Shown piece after piece: positions 61,548 to 64,000 of a DNA stretch of 64,000 nucleotides (positions are counted from its first letter, which is position 1; each line of letters begins with the position of its first letter). The notes under the pieces were generated by a model. That model was not told where the DNA came from, searched no databases, and was given only the letters and a program-made list of their open reading frames with translations. This DNA is from Aureliella sp. Lineage in GTDB: Bacteria; Planctomycetota; Planctomycetia; Pirellulales; Pirellulaceae. Position numbers and translations under genes: made by a program. Location of the stretch: the NCBI GenBank assembly GCA_963691875.1, contig OY829846.1, forward strand, positions 384,001-448,000, given 5' to 3'.

Positions 61548-64000
61548 ATGACCAAACGATGCTTGCACGTTTTTACACTCACACTTTTTTGTCTCTCGAT
61601 TACGACGTCACTTGCCACCGCTGACTCAGCGGTCGAAGGCGAACTTGCTCCTTTCCTCGGTGAGCCTGAATTGAATATCCAGCCGGTCTTTCAAGGCGGC
61701 CGGTTTCCTAATGTCGTCGTCACGATGAAAGGGACCGTTCTGGCAACTTGGGGTCGACCACATATTCGCGTTAGGAGAAGCGAAGACGGCGGCAAGACAT
61801 GGGGCGATGAAATCACCGTCGCCAAATCGGGCATTCATGGAGGTGGCACGACCGTTGATGAAACGACCGGCGACATTCTGGCGTTCGTCGAGGAAGAGCA
61901 TCCACCAGCACCTCTAACTGTCTACCGCAGCAAGGACGACGGAAAAACGTGGCAGGCGGAGCCGGTAGCGATTCGTCCGGACAGCGAAGGTCGCATGCCA
62001 TCGATGCACATGAACGAGCATGGAATCACCTTACGGCATGGTGAACACAAAGGGCGCCTCATTCGTCCTTCGCGGTTTTACGGCAAGGGGAATCGCCCCG
62101 AAACCATCTGGCCGACTCATTTCACCAATGCGATGTATAGCGACGACGGTGGCAAGACGTGGCAGACCAGTGAACCGTTCCCCGAAAATGGCACGGGCGA
62201 AGCAACCATCGCAGAATTGTCCGACGGTCGCATTTATTACAACTCACGGCGGCATTGGGCTCCCAAAGGCAAGAGCCCGCTGCATCGCTGGACCGCGTGG
62301 AGTGAGAATGGCGGAGCGACATGGAAAAACGGAGCCATCTGCGAAGTGCTGCCGGACGGTCCGCAAGACACGAATTACGGTTGCATGGGTGGTCTGGTTC
62401 GGCTACCGATCAAGGGCAAAGATATCCTGATCTACAGTAACTGTGACAGTCCCAAGGGAAGGAGTCACGGAACGGTCTGGGCGAGCTTTGACGGCGGCAA
62501 AACGTGGCCCTTAAAGCGACTGGTTCACGAAGGCGGTTTCGCCTACTCATCGCTTACCGCTGGCCGCCCCGGCACGCCGAGCGAAGGAAACATCTATCTG
62601 CACTTTGAGAGCGACGGCTCAAAGGTAGCGCGGTTCAACCTCAGTTGGCTGCTGGCTGGTAAGAAGACAGGCGATGGTGTTGTTCCGAAGTTAGCGGATG
62701 CCGGCGATTCCACACGTGATCGATTTCTCTTGCTGGACGACCGTATCGTCGCAAAATTGGAAAACGCGCGACTCGCGGTCGGAACCGTTCGGAAGCACGA
62801 AAGCAATCCTCTCTTTCGAGAAGACAAACCATGGGAGAAACGTTTTGATAATCTCTACGGCAATGTGATTTTCGACGCGGAAGAAATGATTTACAAATGC
62901 TGGTACAGCCCGTTCATCGTTGACCGTTCCGCAAAGGGAATGACGCTGGAACAACGCCAGAAAAAGTACAGCCCCGGACGCGGCCGTGAAATGGGAATCT
63001 GCTACGCAACATCCAAAGATGGCATCAATTGGGACAAACCTGATCTTGGGCTGGTCGATTACGAAGGCAGCACAAAGAACAACATCGTGTGGCGTGGTCC
63101 ACATGGTGCTGGGATCTGGAAGGACGATAGGGATGCTGATCCGGCTCGGCGGTACAAGATGATCTTTCAAGGGATCGCGACCAGTCACTCTCCCGATGGT
63201 CTCCACTGGAGTCAACCCAAAAAAGTCACGGGAATCGGCAAGATCGCGGGTGACACGCATAACAATGCGTTCTGGGATCCGCACTCAAGGAAATATTTGG
63301 GTTTCACCAGGACTTGGGGAGACTTGGGCCGGGAGGTTACCCGCATCGAGAGTAGCGATTTTGAAAGCTGGCGGAGCAACGGTGTTGTCATGACAGGTCT
63401 GGAAAAGGGGCTGCAGACATATGCGATGCCCGTCTTCATGCACGGTGGGGTCTACTTGGGACTGGTTGCGATCCATGCCCAGCGCCCGGTCGATCGGGTT
63501 TGGACAGAACTGGCATGGAGCCCGGACTCAAAAAACTGGCGTCGTATCGCGCCAGGCAAAGCACTGATCCCCTGCTCTGAAAATGTGTTGGAATACGACT
63601 ACGGGTGTGTTTATGCCTGTGCCTATCCCGTCTTTCTGGATAACGAAATTCGTCTTTACTACGGGGGTAGCGACTATCTTCATTACGGCTGGCGAAATGG
63701 GGCCTTATGCCTTGCTACTCTACGACCGGATGGATTCGCAGGTTATGAGCAGGAATCAAAAGACAAACCCGCAGTCATCATGACAACTGCCATCTCTTAC
63801 GCTCAACAGGAAATCCGGATCACGGCGGATTTGGAAAAAGGCGGATCGATCATTGTGAGTCTTATCGATGGTAATGGACAGGAAATCGGGAAGGCTGGCC
63901 TTGTTTCGAAGACGGTGACGGACCGACGCTTGAAATGGAGCCAAAAGATTAGCGGCGACAGTATCCGGCTCAAATTCGAGTTGAACAAAGCGAAGCTCTA
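61548..64000 (+). CDS. Sialidase (BNR) fused to a GH32/GH43-like beta-propeller domain; runs off the window
   Basis: Translated by hand (absent from the ORF track): MTKRCLH...; RFPNVVV; SEDGGKTW; SKDDGKTW; then NPLFREDKPWE, YATSKDGINW, LRPDGF. Confidence 0.88.
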   Translation, partial: MTKRCLHVFTLTLFCLSITTSLATADSAVEGELAPFLGEPELNIQPVFQGGRFPNVVVTMKGTVLATWGRPHIRVRRSEDGGKTWGDEITVAKSGIHGGGTTVDETTGDILAFVEEEHPPAPLTVYRSKDDGKTWQAEPVAIRPDSEGRMPSMHMNEHGITLRHGEHKGRLIRPSRFYGKGNRPETIWPTHFTNAMYSDDGGKTWQTSEPFPENGTGEATIAELSDGRIYYNSRRHWAPKGKSPLHRWTAWSENGGATWKNGAICEVLPDGPQDTNYGCMGGLVRLPIKGKDILIYSNCDSPKGRSHGTVWASFDGGKTWPLKRLVHEGGFAYSSLTAGRPGTPSEGNIYLHFESDGSKVARFNLSWLLAGKKTGDGVVPKLADAGDSTRDRFLLLDDRIVAKLENARLAVGTVRKHESNPLFREDKPWEKRFDNLYGNVIFDAEEMIYKCWYSPFIVDRSAKGMTLEQRQKKYSPGRGREMGICYATSKDGINWDKPDLGLVDYEGSTKNNIVWRGPHGAGIWKDDRDADPARRYKMIFQGIATSHSPDGLHWSQPKKVTGIGKIAGDTHNNAFWDPHSRKYLGFTRTWGDLGREVTRIESSDFESWRSNGVVMTGLEKGLQTYAMPVFMHGGVYLGLVAIHAQRPVDRVWTELAWSPDSKNWRRIAPGKALIPCSENVLEYDYGCVYACAYPVFLDNEIRLYYGGSDYLHYGWRNGALCLATLRPDGFAGYEQESKDKPAVIMTTAISYAQQEIRITADLEKGGSIIVSLIDGNGQEIGKAGLVSKTVTDRRLKWSQKISGDSIRLKFELNKAKL

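Overview
The window looks like an accessory, mosaic region of a planctomycete-like (PVC) genome. That taxonomy is inferred from DUF1592/DUF1552, SHD1 domains, PVC-type ECF sigma factors and many sulfatases. Three things stand out. (1) A family of DDE/rve-integrase IS elements is present as one intact copy, several broken copies and transposase-less derivatives. Its ends are asymmetric: a 12-bp terminal IR CC(G/T)CCC(C/T)GT(G/A)CA, and a conserved, hairpin-rich ~280-nt non-coding left arm found five times plus one diverged analogue. These ends bracket the cargo blocks and cut off neighbouring genes. (2) The cargo has a light/UV theme. A cryptochrome-DASH + TspO + aldehyde dehydrogenase block lies between two inverted IS copies. 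A complete but rearranged mycosporine-like amino acid (MAA) cluster (mysB-mysC-mysD-HAD-TauD-mysA) lies between two MITE-like derivatives. (3) The rest is polysaccharide-degradation-type genes (sulfatases, sialidases, beta-helix protein, Gfo/Idh/MocA + DUF1080), a small prophage relic and many gene fragments. All alignments were done by eye; no database searches were run.
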